Shown one piece after another: positions 27,558 through 37,070 of a stretch of DNA of 64,000 nucleotides; the first letter of the stretch is position 1; the number at the start of each line of letters is the position of its first letter. The notes beneath the pieces were generated by a model. It searched no databases. It worked only from the letters and a program-made list of their open reading frames with translations, and was not told the DNA's origin. The translations under genes were made by a program, and so were the position numbers. This DNA comes from a virus. The DNA is taken from IMG/VR virus record IMGVR_UViG_3300025168_000039, positions 42,895-106,894 of that record; one strand, written 5' to 3'.

Positions 27558-28679
27558 CTATTGATAAAATATTTCTTTAATTGAATTATAGTTATCTAAA
27601 AAAGTTTCTTTAGATAAAACTTTACCATTATTTAATCTAATCACTCCTCGACTTTGACCTTTATGAACTTCGCCTTTTTGATGAGGTAGTTGATTAGAGT
27701 AGTCAATAAGAGATTGATCTTTATAAAAAGATAACATATACTTAATCATTTCTGTATTACGACCATGTTCTGGCTTAATATATTTTCCCTGTTCTAAACA
27801 AGTATGCATCATGTATTTTTGAAACTGATCACTATGGTAAAAAGAAAAAACATTATCTGCTCTATCAACTGAAATTTCGTTCATTAAATACCAAGGTCCG
27901 ATAACTCTGTCTGTATATGCAAAATTAAATTTAATCCACCATAAAGTTTTTAACGGATCATTCTTAATACTTATTGGTGCTGCTTCAATAAAATTATTTA
28001 ATTCCTCAACAACTGTTTCACTATGACACTCTGATATTTCGTCTGCAATATCTTTTATTAATTCTTGCCAAGACTTATTCTTATATACGTCATTTAAAAT
28101 ATCAGGCCATTTATCTGTTATTAAACCATGATAATAACTATCATTATGAACTGTACCGTTTGATAATGTATTACCAGGATGACCTATAATTGATACAGAA
28201 TCTTCTGGATGAAGCTCAGTGTTATTAAGCAATCTATAATTATGATTATTATCAACTATAAATTTATACAAAGCAGGATTGAATTGATTTAAAGCCTTTC
28301 TATTTTTTGTATCCTTATCAAAAGTAAATACCGCTCTAATTTTATTTTTATTACAATTCTGTAAAAATCCTGCGTACATTACTGCAGAATCAAAACCACC
28401 TGAAAGAAAAACATCAATATATTTATTATTAGATAAAGAATTAATTATGTTAATTTTATCTTCAATACAGTTAATTAAGCTTACTTCTTCTATTTCTGTT
28501 GGTATCTGAAGTTTATATTTAGGATCAACCTTATATAAGTTCTTTAAAGTTCCTGTTCTATCAAGAGGCTCAGATGGTGATCTACCTAATAAATATATTA
28601 AAAATTTATACCATTCTGGTGTTTTAAAATAATGATATAAAGCTTTAGAGTGTAGCTTAATAACTGCTAGTTCAGACAT
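27558..28679 (-). CDS. Asparagine-synthetase-like PP-loop protein (divergent)
   Basis: DRTGTL, VFLSGGFDS PP-loop, WWIKFNF, FYHSDQFQKY shared with 18319-20025. Confidence 0.65.
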   Translation of the reverse strand: MSELAVIKLHSKALYHYFKTPEWYKFLIYLLGRSPSEPLDRTGTLKNLYKVDPKYKLQIPTEIEEVSLINCIEDKINIINSLSNNKYIDVFLSGGFDSAVMYAGFLQNCNKNKIRAVFTFDKDTKNRKALNQFNPALYKFIVDNNHNYRLLNNTELHPEDSVSIIGHPGNTLSNGTVHNDSYYHGLITDKWPDILNDVYKNKSWQELIKDIADEISECHSETVVEELNNFIEAAPISIKNDPLKTLWWIKFNFAYTDRVIGPWYLMNEISVDRADNVFSFYHSDQFQKYMMHTCLEQGKYIKPEHGRNTEMIKYMLSFYKDQSLIDYSNQLPHQKGEVHKGQSRGVIRLNNGKVLSKETFLDNYNSIKEIFYQ

Positions 28680-28681
28680 AG

Positions 28682-28879
28682 CTAAACAGAATAATCATAT
28701 TCCTTATCGTCAATAACAACTGGACTTGTCGTAACAGCAGTCTTATTAGCAGCCGGTCCCTTTCTAGCCGCACCATAACCTTGCCCAGTAGGTCTACCTG
28801 TACATTCTATCTTCTCTTCTTTATAACGCTTAAAACCTTTTGCGTCATAAGAATAAATTTTATTATTAATAAGTGGCAT
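28682..28879 (-). CDS. Small protein with GQGYGAARKG motif
   Basis: AGGAG RBS; motif related to C-termini of neighbouring basic proteins. Confidence 0.65.
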   Translation of the reverse strand: MPLINNKIYSYDAKGFKRYKEEKIECTGRPTGQGYGAARKGPAANKTAVTTSPVVIDDKEYDYSV

Positions 28880-28890
28880 AAGTATTCTCC

Positions 28891-29550
28891 TTAGTTAGAC
28901 CCTTGGACTAAAGTATTAGCTGATCCATCAGGGTTCGCATTGTTCTCCATATTATCTTGACGATTTCTTCTAGCTTGATTGCGTAGTCCTTCTATAGCGC
29001 CTCTGTACTCATTTGTAAAAATAGCACTGAAGTTTGAATCTTTCATAAATAAACATGCTTCAATCATAGAAGCATAAAATAAAGCATCATAGCAGAAGTC
29101 TGTAAAATAATTTGTGGGGGCTGCAGAAGTAAGTGTGGTTGGTCTTGCTACATAGAGAACTTCACCCTGATAAGCCGAAGTCGGTGTAGGAGCCACATGT
29201 ATAACTGAGTTATTACGAATTGAATAGTACTTTGGAACTCCTGTTGATGTATTAGCATAAGGCCAAAAATCATTTAAAAATTCTTCAGTCCGTTGAAGTA
29301 AATTAATTTTACTTCCACTTGCTCTTAGATTAACATGCCTAATAATTCTTGTATCGTCTGAAACAGAAACAACTTGACTACTCACAGCACAAGCAATAGA
29401 AACAGATGTATTCAAACCAATATCATCTAATTCTTTTATTAATCTGTTCTCTGCCTTGTTTACAAATCTTGGAATCTGGTCAACAAAATCTGTGCCTGTA
29501 TTTTCAGACGTATTAATAATATCATTTACAAGATAGGTATAATCAACCAT
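28891..29550 (-). CDS. Head-tail connector/adaptor protein
   Basis: FVDQIPRFVNKAENRL, GVPKYY, VAPTP, DALFYASMIEA; downstream of capsid. Confidence 0.7.
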   Translation of the reverse strand: MVDYTYLVNDIINTSENTGTDFVDQIPRFVNKAENRLIKELDDIGLNTSVSIACAVSSQVVSVSDDTRIIRHVNLRASGSKINLLQRTEEFLNDFWPYANTSTGVPKYYSIRNNSVIHVAPTPTSAYQGEVLYVARPTTLTSAAPTNYFTDFCYDALFYASMIEACLFMKDSNFSAIFTNEYRGAIEGLRNQARRNRQDNMENNANPDGSANTLVQGSN

Positions 29551-29555
29551 AAGCT

Positions 29556-29852
29556 TTATCCATAGTAAATATAAAATTTGCCACCAGCACTAGATCCAGC
29601 CAATGACACTTTACCACTACACTTAACACCCACTTCATTTAGATATACATTATCCATTACGTTAGTACCTAGTGCAGCATGTTTTATTTTAGGTCCGTTT
29701 TGATCACCTACAATTATTTCAGATGCTGTTGATACAGCCAAGGAATAAACCTGTATTCTAGTATCAGCAATCGTAACACTTGATATAGTATCTACAAAAA
29801 TACCATTTCCTCCGGCACCCCCTGTAACTTGAGCTAATCGAATATTTGACAT
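29556..29852 (-). CDS. Small virion structural protein
   Basis: Beta-rich, ends IYYG; follows major capsid gene. Confidence 0.6.
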   Translation of the reverse strand: MSNIRLAQVTGGAGGNGIFVDTISSVTIADTRIQVYSLAVSTASEIIVGDQNGPKIKHAALGTNVMDNVYLNEVGVKCSGKVSLAGSSAGGKFYIYYG

Positions 29853-29871
29853 ATTTATCTCCAATCAGAAT

Positions 29872-29897
29872 AAGAGGAGAGATTTCTCCCTCCTCTC
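29872..29897 (-). terminator. Hairpin downstream of major capsid gene
   Basis: GAGAGGAGGGA-GAAA-TCTCTCCTCTT then TATT on - strand. Confidence 0.65.
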
Positions 29898-29906
29898 ACC
29901 CTAGTT

Positions 29907-30857
29907 TTAGTTACCTTGATTACCAAAGAAACCTCTCCAATCGGACCAACCAAAACTATAACGCTCTCTAGCTTTAAAGCGAAGGTTGCCGGTATCGAAG
30001 TCAGGCTCCATCTTAGTTTGCAACGGTGAACGAACAAACATCTTAGTACCGTTTGGAACATTCGTCTTAATGAACCAAGCGTCTGCATCAGTGAATCGAC
30101 GGTTAATAAACACACCCTTCGGAAGCATAGACATGCTTTGAATGGAGTTCACATCATTCCACCCTGCTGGGTTGGTAGCAGCTTGTGATCCGCCAAGAGC
30201 GGAAACCGTACCAGAAGCAGGAATAAGAGTGGAGTTCAATAACGAGTTCGACGTTGCCCAGTTATCAGGAGCAACATGAAGTGATTCTGCACTTCCACCT
30301 GTCAAAATGCCCCGATCATCCTTAATCTTTTGGATAGTCGTAAGCGCCGCTTCAAGAGAAGCGAAAGACAAATCAGCCGCAGAAAGTACGTTAGTTTGTG
30401 TACCGTCTACAGTTGGATGGGACGCACTAAAAAGTGGTTGTCCGTCACCTCCTGCATAAGAGGTGTTAAAGCCTTGGTTGAAAACATCCGCACCTTTTAC
30501 TTGCTTAGTATTACCCATTGCTCTCGCAAGAGACTTAGAGCGCAACTTTGCAAACGTATCATACAGATTGTCTTCCATAGCTTCTTCCGTAACGGCAAAA
30601 GCAAGCGAAATCGTTTCGTTAGTATAACGAGCAACATAGCTTTCACTAGCCTCGTCATATGTAACAGCAGCGCCTTCCGCTTTTACTGGAGCATTACCGA
30701 AGCCCGTAAACAAGACTTCTTCTTCAAATGCACGATCTGAATTTTCAATTTCAAACAAAGGTGCATGTTCATTTTCTACTTCGCCATATTCTAAACCAAA
30801 AATAGCATTTAGACCAGGAAGTAGTTCTTTAGAAATACTAGCTCTATTAATAGCCAT
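29907..30857 (-). CDS. Major capsid protein (Mu gpT-like HK97 fold)
   Basis: KELLPGLNAIFGLEY, SDRAFEEEV, DGQPLFSASHP, DFDTGNLRFKARERYSFGWSDWRG. Confidence 0.9.
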   Translation of the reverse strand: MAINRASISKELLPGLNAIFGLEYGEVENEHAPLFEIENSDRAFEEEVLFTGFGNAPVKAEGAAVTYDEASESYVARYTNETISLAFAVTEEAMEDNLYDTFAKLRSKSLARAMGNTKQVKGADVFNQGFNTSYAGGDGQPLFSASHPTVDGTQTNVLSAADLSFASLEAALTTIQKIKDDRGILTGGSAESLHVAPDNWATSNSLLNSTLIPASGTVSALGGSQAATNPAGWNDVNSIQSMSMLPKGVFINRRFTDADAWFIKTNVPNGTKMFVRSPLQTKMEPDFDTGNLRFKARERYSFGWSDWRGFFGNQGN

Positions 30858-30872
30858 GATTAAACCTCCTTA

Positions 30873-31454
30873 CTAGATGCCAGCCGGTGCGGAAAGCATC
30901 GCATCGACATGTTTAACAATACGAACTTCAACAACCGGAAATGCTCTTTCAGTAGCAATATCGATATCATTCCCTGGAACATCCTCAACACCAATAGCTC
31001 TTACTGGAAGAATGGCGTCGTTACGAGTTGCAGCCTTAATACCAAAGCCTGACTGACCTGTAAAGGTACTGCCAGCGCCAAGAGTTAGACCGAAGTTTAG
31101 AGTATTGATATCGCCTGAACTAATTGTAGCATCCGCTTGGATGAAATACGTTGTGGCGGGGTTAGTGTTTACCACTGCTTTAATATTAGAAGCACTGGTA
31201 TTCGCTGGCCAATATTGTGAGAAATTAGGCTCACCATTGGCTTCGTAGTAGACTCCCTGAAAGACACCAACTGCAAAGTCAGCATCTGCCGAAACGGGTT
31301 CAATATTACCAAGAGAGGTTTTTACCAAGTCACCCGTGAAGATTGATCTAGCATCGCCGGAAGCAATGGGAAGTTCGTCAACACCAGTGGAGTTAGTACC
31401 TGAACCACGTTTACGAGCGGGAAGGAAACCACGAAGATTTTTTGTAGTTGACAT
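30873..31454 (-). CDS. Capsid decoration/minor capsid protein
   Basis: IFTGDLV, VGVFQGV, YWPA; immediately upstream of MCP. Confidence 0.65.
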   Translation of the reverse strand: MSTTKNLRGFLPARKRGSGTNSTGVDELPIASGDARSIFTGDLVKTSLGNIEPVSADADFAVGVFQGVYYEANGEPNFSQYWPANTSASNIKAVVNTNPATTYFIQADATISSGDINTLNFGLTLGAGSTFTGQSGFGIKAATRNDAILPVRAIGVEDVPGNDIDIATERAFPVVEVRIVKHVDAMLSAPAGI

Positions 31455-31491
31455 ATTGTCTATCCTTTCCTAAGTTATACCGTTCTCTGTT

Positions 31492-31992
31492 TTAGTCTTG
31501 AAAGCTTGGTCGCCTTCCTCTAGTAACAGATGAACGATTGTTGTTTGTAATGGGCATACGGGAATCAGAAGCGCCTTCTAGTTGCGAATTAACCGCATCT
31601 ATAAGTTCTTTACTCTTCGTCTCATAATACCGTTTACGAGCAGCAAGCTTGCCAAGGGGCATTTTAGCCAAAGCTAAGTCTCCACGACAGACTGTACCAG
31701 CATACCGCCCACCCTCTTGAACGATAGAGGACATGGATAGTTCAGGAACTTCTTCAGGGTCTACAAAAGTCCAACCTTCTGACTGTTTCTTACCAACATT
31801 TTGATAATCGTCTTGGTTGCGTAATGTAATGCGAATCCATCGTAGACCCATTCCTTCATTTTCAAAGCGTCTATATACGCTATCAGGAATCTCTAGAGCA
31901 TTTGGCTCTTCATAAGTCCACTCTGTTTCTTCTCTTGAATTTTGTTCTCTCGTATCAATGCTACGTTCTTTAGTTTCTTTCCGTGTATTCAT
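31492..31992 (-). CDS. Conserved head-module protein
   Basis: LRWIRI..EGWTFV..GDLALAKMP. Confidence 0.65.
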   Translation of the reverse strand: MNTRKETKERSIDTREQNSREETEWTYEEPNALEIPDSVYRRFENEGMGLRWIRITLRNQDDYQNVGKKQSEGWTFVDPEEVPELSMSSIVQEGGRYAGTVCRGDLALAKMPLGKLAARKRYYETKSKELIDAVNSQLEGASDSRMPITNNNRSSVTRGRRPSFQD

Positions 31993-31996
31993 TTTA

Positions 31997-32989
31997 CTAT
32001 ACTCCACGCTTAAATGTTATATCTGTATATTCACCATCTGATTTATCAACTTTTAGTTTTTCAGCGGCATATACCTCAAGTGGTATGTTCCATTTCTGTG
32101 CAAGCCTTACGTCTTCTTTAGACAACTTTACTTTCTTATTAGAACTGGAGGGACTGCGTGATGTTCCAGCCACCACCTGAGAGGGTTGTTGAATTGTTCC
32201 GGTATCAACACTCCCGTTATTTTCTTCTTGACTAAACTTCTGAGGAAATTCAGTTCTCAATCGTCGGTCAATCTCATTATAAAAATCCTGTTCGTGAGGA
32301 TCATAACCTATTTGTTTTAATTCTGCATCAATTGTATAAGCTGCTGCCGTCATAATAGAATCTTTTCCAAACCATTCATTCTCTTCCGCCCAATCTACAG
32401 CCATTGCATCTGGCTTTTGAGGAGCTTGAGCAGCTTGTGGTTGCGCAGCACCAGCTTCTTGTTTCTTCTCATAATCTTCTAAAGCATACTGATGTCGTTT
32501 AATATCATCAATATTAGTAGATGCTCTTTGAAGAACATCTAAAGCTGCTAGAGTTCTTTCAGGATCACCTGAATTATAAGCTTCAACGTAATCATTTTTA
32601 GCTAATGATATCTGTTCTTCTAATTGTTTTTGTGAAACAGAGCTATTAACTTTTTGTGTATCAACGTAGGTTCTTTCCATGCTCTTTAGATTTGTTTCTA
32701 AATTTTCTTTTTCTTGTAGAAGAGCTTGGATACGTTCATCTCTCTCTTTTCTTTGTCGAACAAGATTTCTTATTCTTTTCTGTGCACCTGATGTTTGTAT
32801 TCCATCAAGTTCTTGAATAGATTCTTTCTTCGTTTCTTCTAATTCTTGTTTAGGTTTTTCGATCTCCTCTGCTGTTTTAATTTCAGTAGATGTCTCGATC
32901 ACCTCCTTTTCTTTAGAATCATTCTCAACTTCAAAATCAACCTGATCTGGGACAGTAACGTCTCCCCATTCCGTTTCGTCTTTACTCAT
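31997..32989 (-). CDS. Capsid scaffolding protein
   Basis: Acidic coiled coil; AQKRIRNL, WAEENEWFGKD..MTAAA, KVKLS..AQKWNIPLEVYA; likely start MSKDE. Confidence 0.75.
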   Translation of the reverse strand: MSKDETEWGDVTVPDQVDFEVENDSKEKEVIETSTEIKTAEEIEKPKQELEETKKESIQELDGIQTSGAQKRIRNLVRQRKERDERIQALLQEKENLETNLKSMERTYVDTQKVNSSVSQKQLEEQISLAKNDYVEAYNSGDPERTLAALDVLQRASTNIDDIKRHQYALEDYEKKQEAGAAQPQAAQAPQKPDAMAVDWAEENEWFGKDSIMTAAAYTIDAELKQIGYDPHEQDFYNEIDRRLRTEFPQKFSQEENNGSVDTGTIQQPSQVVAGTSRSPSSSNKKVKLSKEDVRLAQKWNIPLEVYAAEKLKVDKSDGEYTDITFKRGV

Positions 32990-33038
32990 TAAATTTTCCT
33001 TTATACGCTGCTTCGACACAGGCGGTTACGAATAACTA

Positions 33039-33067
33039 ATTATACAATATAATTGTAATTGGTGCAA
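33039..33067 (-). promoter_or_regulatory. sigma70-type promoter for scaffold/capsid genes
   Basis: TTGCAC-17nt-TATAAT with ATTG before -10, same as 14788-14816. Confidence 0.7.
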
Positions 33068-33072
33068 CTATT

Positions 33073-33495
33073 CTAGCAAGATAAATTAAAAGTAGGGTCT
33101 AAATCTTTTGGATTTTCAACTCGCATAATAATTTGATCATCATACAAAAGAAGTAATTTAATTCCTTTGTAATGAAGTTTAATACCTGCATTTTTTCCGT
33201 AGCATACATATTCATCTTCTTTACACCACGGTGGTCCGGTAAACTTACTAACATCTTTATATGCTTGCTCACCGACTTTTAAAACCTTTCCAACAGTTGT
33301 TAGATAGGCAATATCATCTCTTGTAGAGTCTGGTAAATAGATACCCCCTTTAGTTACTGGCTTAACTGAGATAGGTCTAATTAAAACATGGAAACCAGGA
33401 ATATCTGGTAGTACTTTAGGATCAGGAATTTCTTCTTCAAATCCTGTAATCCATTGATCATTCTGAATAGCTTTATTTAAAGCTTGAACTTGCAT
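33073..33495 (-). CDS. groES: GroES-like co-chaperonin
   Basis: VLIRP..TKGGIYLPD..VGKVLKVG..LLLYDDQI. Confidence 0.8.
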   Translation of the reverse strand: MQVQALNKAIQNDQWITGFEEEIPDPKVLPDIPGFHVLIRPISVKPVTKGGIYLPDSTRDDIAYLTTVGKVLKVGEQAYKDVSKFTGPPWCKEDEYVCYGKNAGIKLHYKGIKLLLLYDDQIIMRVENPKDLDPTFNLSC

Positions 33496-33497
33496 GG

Positions 33498-33692
33498 TTA
33501 ACTCTCCTCATTATCATAGTATCGTTTTTTTACAATTGAAAGAATATTACTTTTTGCCCATGAAATTCCAGAATGGAACCCTACTAATTCTTTATATGTT
33601 GCGTAATCGGAAGCTGATCCCTCCGATAAATTACTTCTCACTGATTCTAATTCTTTGTCATATGAATCAACAATCTCATCCCATAAATTCAT
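33498..33692 (-). CDS. Conserved small head-module protein
   Basis: LSEGSASDYATYKELVG; between portal and GroES. Confidence 0.65.
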   Translation of the reverse strand: MNLWDEIVDSYDKELESVRSNLSEGSASDYATYKELVGFHSGISWAKSNILSIVKKRYYDNEES

Positions 33693-33875
33693 TTATACAA
33701 CTATAGCTCCAGTAATGAATGATGCTGCACCTACAATTAAAACTTTTTTCCATATACCACAAGGAGCTTGATGTCCTATAGGTAGGCAGTTACAGGAACC
33801 GCATCCCACAACATTTTTAAATTTATTACAATACTTATTAATTTTATTTTTAATTTTTCTAATTTGTTTTTCCAT
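33693..33875 (-). CDS. Small Cys-containing protein with C-terminal TM segment
   Basis: CGSCNC..C..WKKVLIVGAASFITGAIVV. Confidence 0.5.
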   Translation of the reverse strand: MEKQIRKIKNKINKYCNKFKNVVGCGSCNCLPIGHQAPCGIWKKVLIVGAASFITGAIVV

Positions 33876-36423
33876 TACTTAAGTCCTTTATAAGATTTGT
33901 AACAGTTTTCATGCTTTCCGATTCTATTTTTGTATCAGATGACATTTTATTTCCAGCTAATCTTGTAAGAAGTTCTGCAGCTTTATACGCATTATTATCG
34001 TCTAGCTTCTGTTCCTCTAAGGCTCCCTTCAATAAAGTCTCAATAGCTTTAATAGCATGGTCAGATTGATTCATCTCCATATCGGCTGCAAGTTTCTGTT
34101 GCTCCTTAGTGCCTTCTCCAATATACTTAATAACAATTTCATTCTCGTCAATATCTAATTCTCTATTTTTCAATGCAGCACTAGCAGCATCTTTAGCCAT
34201 CTGTGCTTGTAGCTTATCTCGTTCAACTTCAAGCTTCATAGTTTCAATTTGAACAAGCTGTTGTTCTGGTGTTGGTTGCATCATCTGTGGATTATTAGCT
34301 TGAAGAACTTGTTGTGCAGCTTGAGCCATAGCAAACTCAATCATATCTGATGTAATAGGCTGACCTTCTGGTACTTGATCTTTCATAGTTAGAGCAACAC
34401 CTTCAACCTGTTCCTTATACTTCATAACAGTATGTTCTTGAATATTAGCTTGTAGTACAGGAATAACTGATGCCATTAAAGGCTGACCACCACCCATAGG
34501 GTCTTGCATGAAAGACATCTTAACTTGAATATGTGCATCATGATTTTGGCCTGGAAAAGCTCCAATAGGTTTACCTTTAATTGCAACTTGAATATCTGAT
34601 AAAGGATCAAGAGGTTTAGGTTTTGTTTCAGGTGGAAGTATTAGATCAAGATTAGGCATGTTAGCTGCTTGGAGAATTGTTCTATTCAACTCTTCCATAT
34701 TAAACATACCAGGAGGAGCTTGTTGGGCTAACTGTAAAGCTAGCTGAGACAACATCATCCGATGAGCATTAGAAGGAATATTTGGGTCACTTACTGGGAC
34801 AATATCTACTCTTCCATCAAAATCTCTTTTTAGAACTTGTCGTGATACTCCCGGAACCTCAAATGGATATTCATTAGGCAGATAGTCATAATTAATCTGC
34901 GCTAATATTTTTAATTCTTCTCGTTGTGCGTTGTGAAGCCTTTTATGAATAGCTGAGAAAAATTTACTACTGGCTTCCAGCAGCGCCATCGTAGTACCTA
35001 CGGGACCATAAGAGGCGGCATCAGATACTACCTGTTCTGTTGAGTCAGCAAACTTCTGTCCAGCACCAATAACAAAATTGAGCATAGAAAGAAGAGTATT
35101 GGACGGCTCTTTATAAGGCAGCGGAACAATAGACTTAGATAAGTCCATTCCCGTTGCCTCAACTTCTTTAAACTCACCAGGAGATATCGGATCATTATCA
35201 CCAACAATTCTAACTCCTTTGGCTTTAAACCCTCCTGGCAGATTAGCAAATTGACCCGCATCCACTAACGCTCTCATAGCTGCCGTAGCAGTCATCGTTA
35301 GATTACCAAGGAAATGGATCAAGCCTAACCCATAGAAACCAAAGCCCGGAACATATTTGTAATGAACAAAGTGCATTACTTTTTGTCTTGTTTTATCGTC
35401 AGGTCTATAGTTTCTACGAATACTTAGAATTTGTTTTGATTGTTCTTCTAGTGTCACAATATAAGGAAGGGACACACCCTCTTCATGTTCAGAGTCTTCT
35501 GATAATTCAAGATAACAGTGCTGCTCTAGAAGAACATACTGATAATCAGAATCGGTTGTTTGAGCAAGACCTAAGACTGTATCTAACTTAGTTGCCATGG
35601 ATGATTGTTCAGGAACATAAGCTTCTGGTAAATCAATATCCCGATACATACCCACATCAATTTCCTTGATGAGGTCAGTTGGACTTCTATAAATTACATG
35701 AGTATATCTATCTGCTTTCCTTAGATTACTTGCATAGTATGATACATAGAATTGATCAATAGGAACAAACTCAGATACAGGACGCTCTAATGCAGCATCA
35801 TAATATGTTTTCTTAAAAGCGGAACCGATAATAGGTAGATGAAACAATAGCCGTTCTGATTCGTCAAAGTATTCCGGCATCTGTTCAGTTAGCTGATAGT
35901 TCATAAATTCTTGTACACGATTAGCCTGTTCCATCTTATCAGGAGTCTCGATACCTATTACTTGCGACTTAACTGGACCGGCTGCTGGAAATAATTCAAG
36001 CGAAGCCTTTGCCTGAAACTTAACGGCTGATTCAATAAGGAGAGGATGGACAGCGGTACAGGCTCCCTCAAAAGGTTCTGACGCATCTTGAAGCTTTAAT
36101 CCTAAAAGATCAAAGCCCCGTTCAAACATACTCTCCCATTCACTTCTAGAATCTCTATCAGATTCAAAGTTATCAAAAACTTTATTAGCTATTTCTTCTA
36201 GACCGTTATCGTCAACCTTATCTGCTAGGTCTTCAAACCATTCTTTAATATCTGGTTTAGCTTCTACCTCTATACCTTCTTCAAAATTTACAACTACCCC
36301 ACCGTCAGAATCAAGATCAAAACTTACATTATTTTCTATATCAATAGATGCACCATTACTTGTATCAAGCTCAATAATTTCTGCATCACCTTTTTGATCG
36401 AAGGGGTTTCGTTCAATCGCCAT
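33859..36423 (-). CDS. Portal protein (P22-like)
   Basis: PFEGAC.AVHPLLIES, GSAFKKTYYD, FVHYKYVPGFGFYGLGLIH, PVGTTMALLE. Confidence 0.9.
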   Translation of the reverse strand: MAIERNPFDQKGDAEIIELDTSNGASIDIENNVSFDLDSDGGVVVNFEEGIEVEAKPDIKEWFEDLADKVDDNGLEEIANKVFDNFESDRDSRSEWESMFERGFDLLGLKLQDASEPFEGACTAVHPLLIESAVKFQAKASLELFPAAGPVKSQVIGIETPDKMEQANRVQEFMNYQLTEQMPEYFDESERLLFHLPIIGSAFKKTYYDAALERPVSEFVPIDQFYVSYYASNLRKADRYTHVIYRSPTDLIKEIDVGMYRDIDLPEAYVPEQSSMATKLDTVLGLAQTTDSDYQYVLLEQHCYLELSEDSEHEEGVSLPYIVTLEEQSKQILSIRRNYRPDDKTRQKVMHFVHYKYVPGFGFYGLGLIHFLGNLTMTATAAMRALVDAGQFANLPGGFKAKGVRIVGDNDPISPGEFKEVEATGMDLSKSIVPLPYKEPSNTLLSMLNFVIGAGQKFADSTEQVVSDAASYGPVGTTMALLEASSKFFSAIHKRLHNAQREELKILAQINYDYLPNEYPFEVPGVSRQVLKRDFDGRVDIVPVSDPNIPSNAHRMMLSQLALQLAQQAPPGMFNMEELNRTILQAANMPNLDLILPPETKPKPLDPLSDIQVAIKGKPIGAFPGQNHDAHIQVKMSFMQDPMGGGQPLMASVIPVLQANIQEHTVMKYKEQVEGVALTMKDQVPEGQPITSDMIEFAMAQAAQQVLQANNPQMMQPTPEQQLVQIETMKLEVERDKLQAQMAKDAASAALKNRELDIDENEIVIKYIGEGTKEQQKLAADMEMNQSDHAIKAIETLLKGALEEQKLDDNNAYKAAELLTRLAGNKMSSDTKIESESMKTVTNLIKDLSNGKTN

Positions 36424-36571
36424 TTTTTCTTGTATCCTTATACTTCAAGTAAAGATAGTTACTTAATTCTTTCCAGTATGATTCAAAAGATTTAAAATCT
36501 TTCTGATTTGGTCTGATCAGATTATGATCTATTCCTTTTTCAAAATCCCACACAACAAGTCCTAACATCAT
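36413..36571 (-). CDS. Small hypothetical protein (52 aa)
   Basis: Not in ORF track; MMLGLVVWDFEKG...; abuts upstream stop and overlaps portal start. Confidence 0.5.
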   Translation of the reverse strand: MMLGLVVWDFEKGIDHNLIRPNQKDFKSFESYWKELSNYLYLKYKDTRKNGD

Positions 36572-37012
36572 TTATCTTGAGTTTTTAACAATAGATGCAC
36601 CAAAGTAGAGTCCTACAATAGCAGATACTAGATGAGTGTCAAGAGGTGTTAGAACTAAACCTCGTAAAGCTTGCCATTTTATTATTTCTTTTCCTTCAGT
36701 CACAAAGAAAAAGCCAGGATTAAATTCTGTATAACCTACTGTTACCAAAATATCAGGCCAGAATACTGCTACAACTTTAGGCCAAACAATAATGGCTAAC
36801 ACAGCAGAGATTGCAATAGCTCTTCTTGTAATCTGAAATCCGGTATTCTCGTAACGTCGAGCAAGGTCTGTTGCTTTTGATTGTTCTTGTAATCCTTCTA
36901 TAGCCCTGTTGAAAACTTCTTGTTTTGCTTTCATACTTTGTGACCAAATAGCCATAACTCCAGATAATAATCCAGAGCCAAGCATTGTTACAAGTTCTAA
37001 TGGAAAGCCCAT
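36572..37012 (-). CDS. Membrane protein, possible holin
   Basis: Three hydrophobic segments; TRR.IA and AIVGLYFG resemble 3TM holin-like proteins. Confidence 0.55.
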   Translation of the reverse strand: MGFPLELVTMLGSGLLSGVMAIWSQSMKAKQEVFNRAIEGLQEQSKATDLARRYENTGFQITRRAIAISAVLAIIVWPKVVAVFWPDILVTVGYTEFNPGFFFVTEGKEIIKWQALRGLVLTPLDTHLVSAIVGLYFGASIVKNSR

Positions 37013-37041
37013 TCGGTTACACCTCTTGCTGTTAGAAAATA

Positions 37042-37070
37042 ATTATACCACTAAACTCTCCAGTATGCAA
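37042..37070 (-). promoter_or_regulatory. sigma70-type promoter
   Basis: TTGCAT-17nt-TATAAT with TGG extended -10, overlapping terL stop. Confidence 0.6.
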
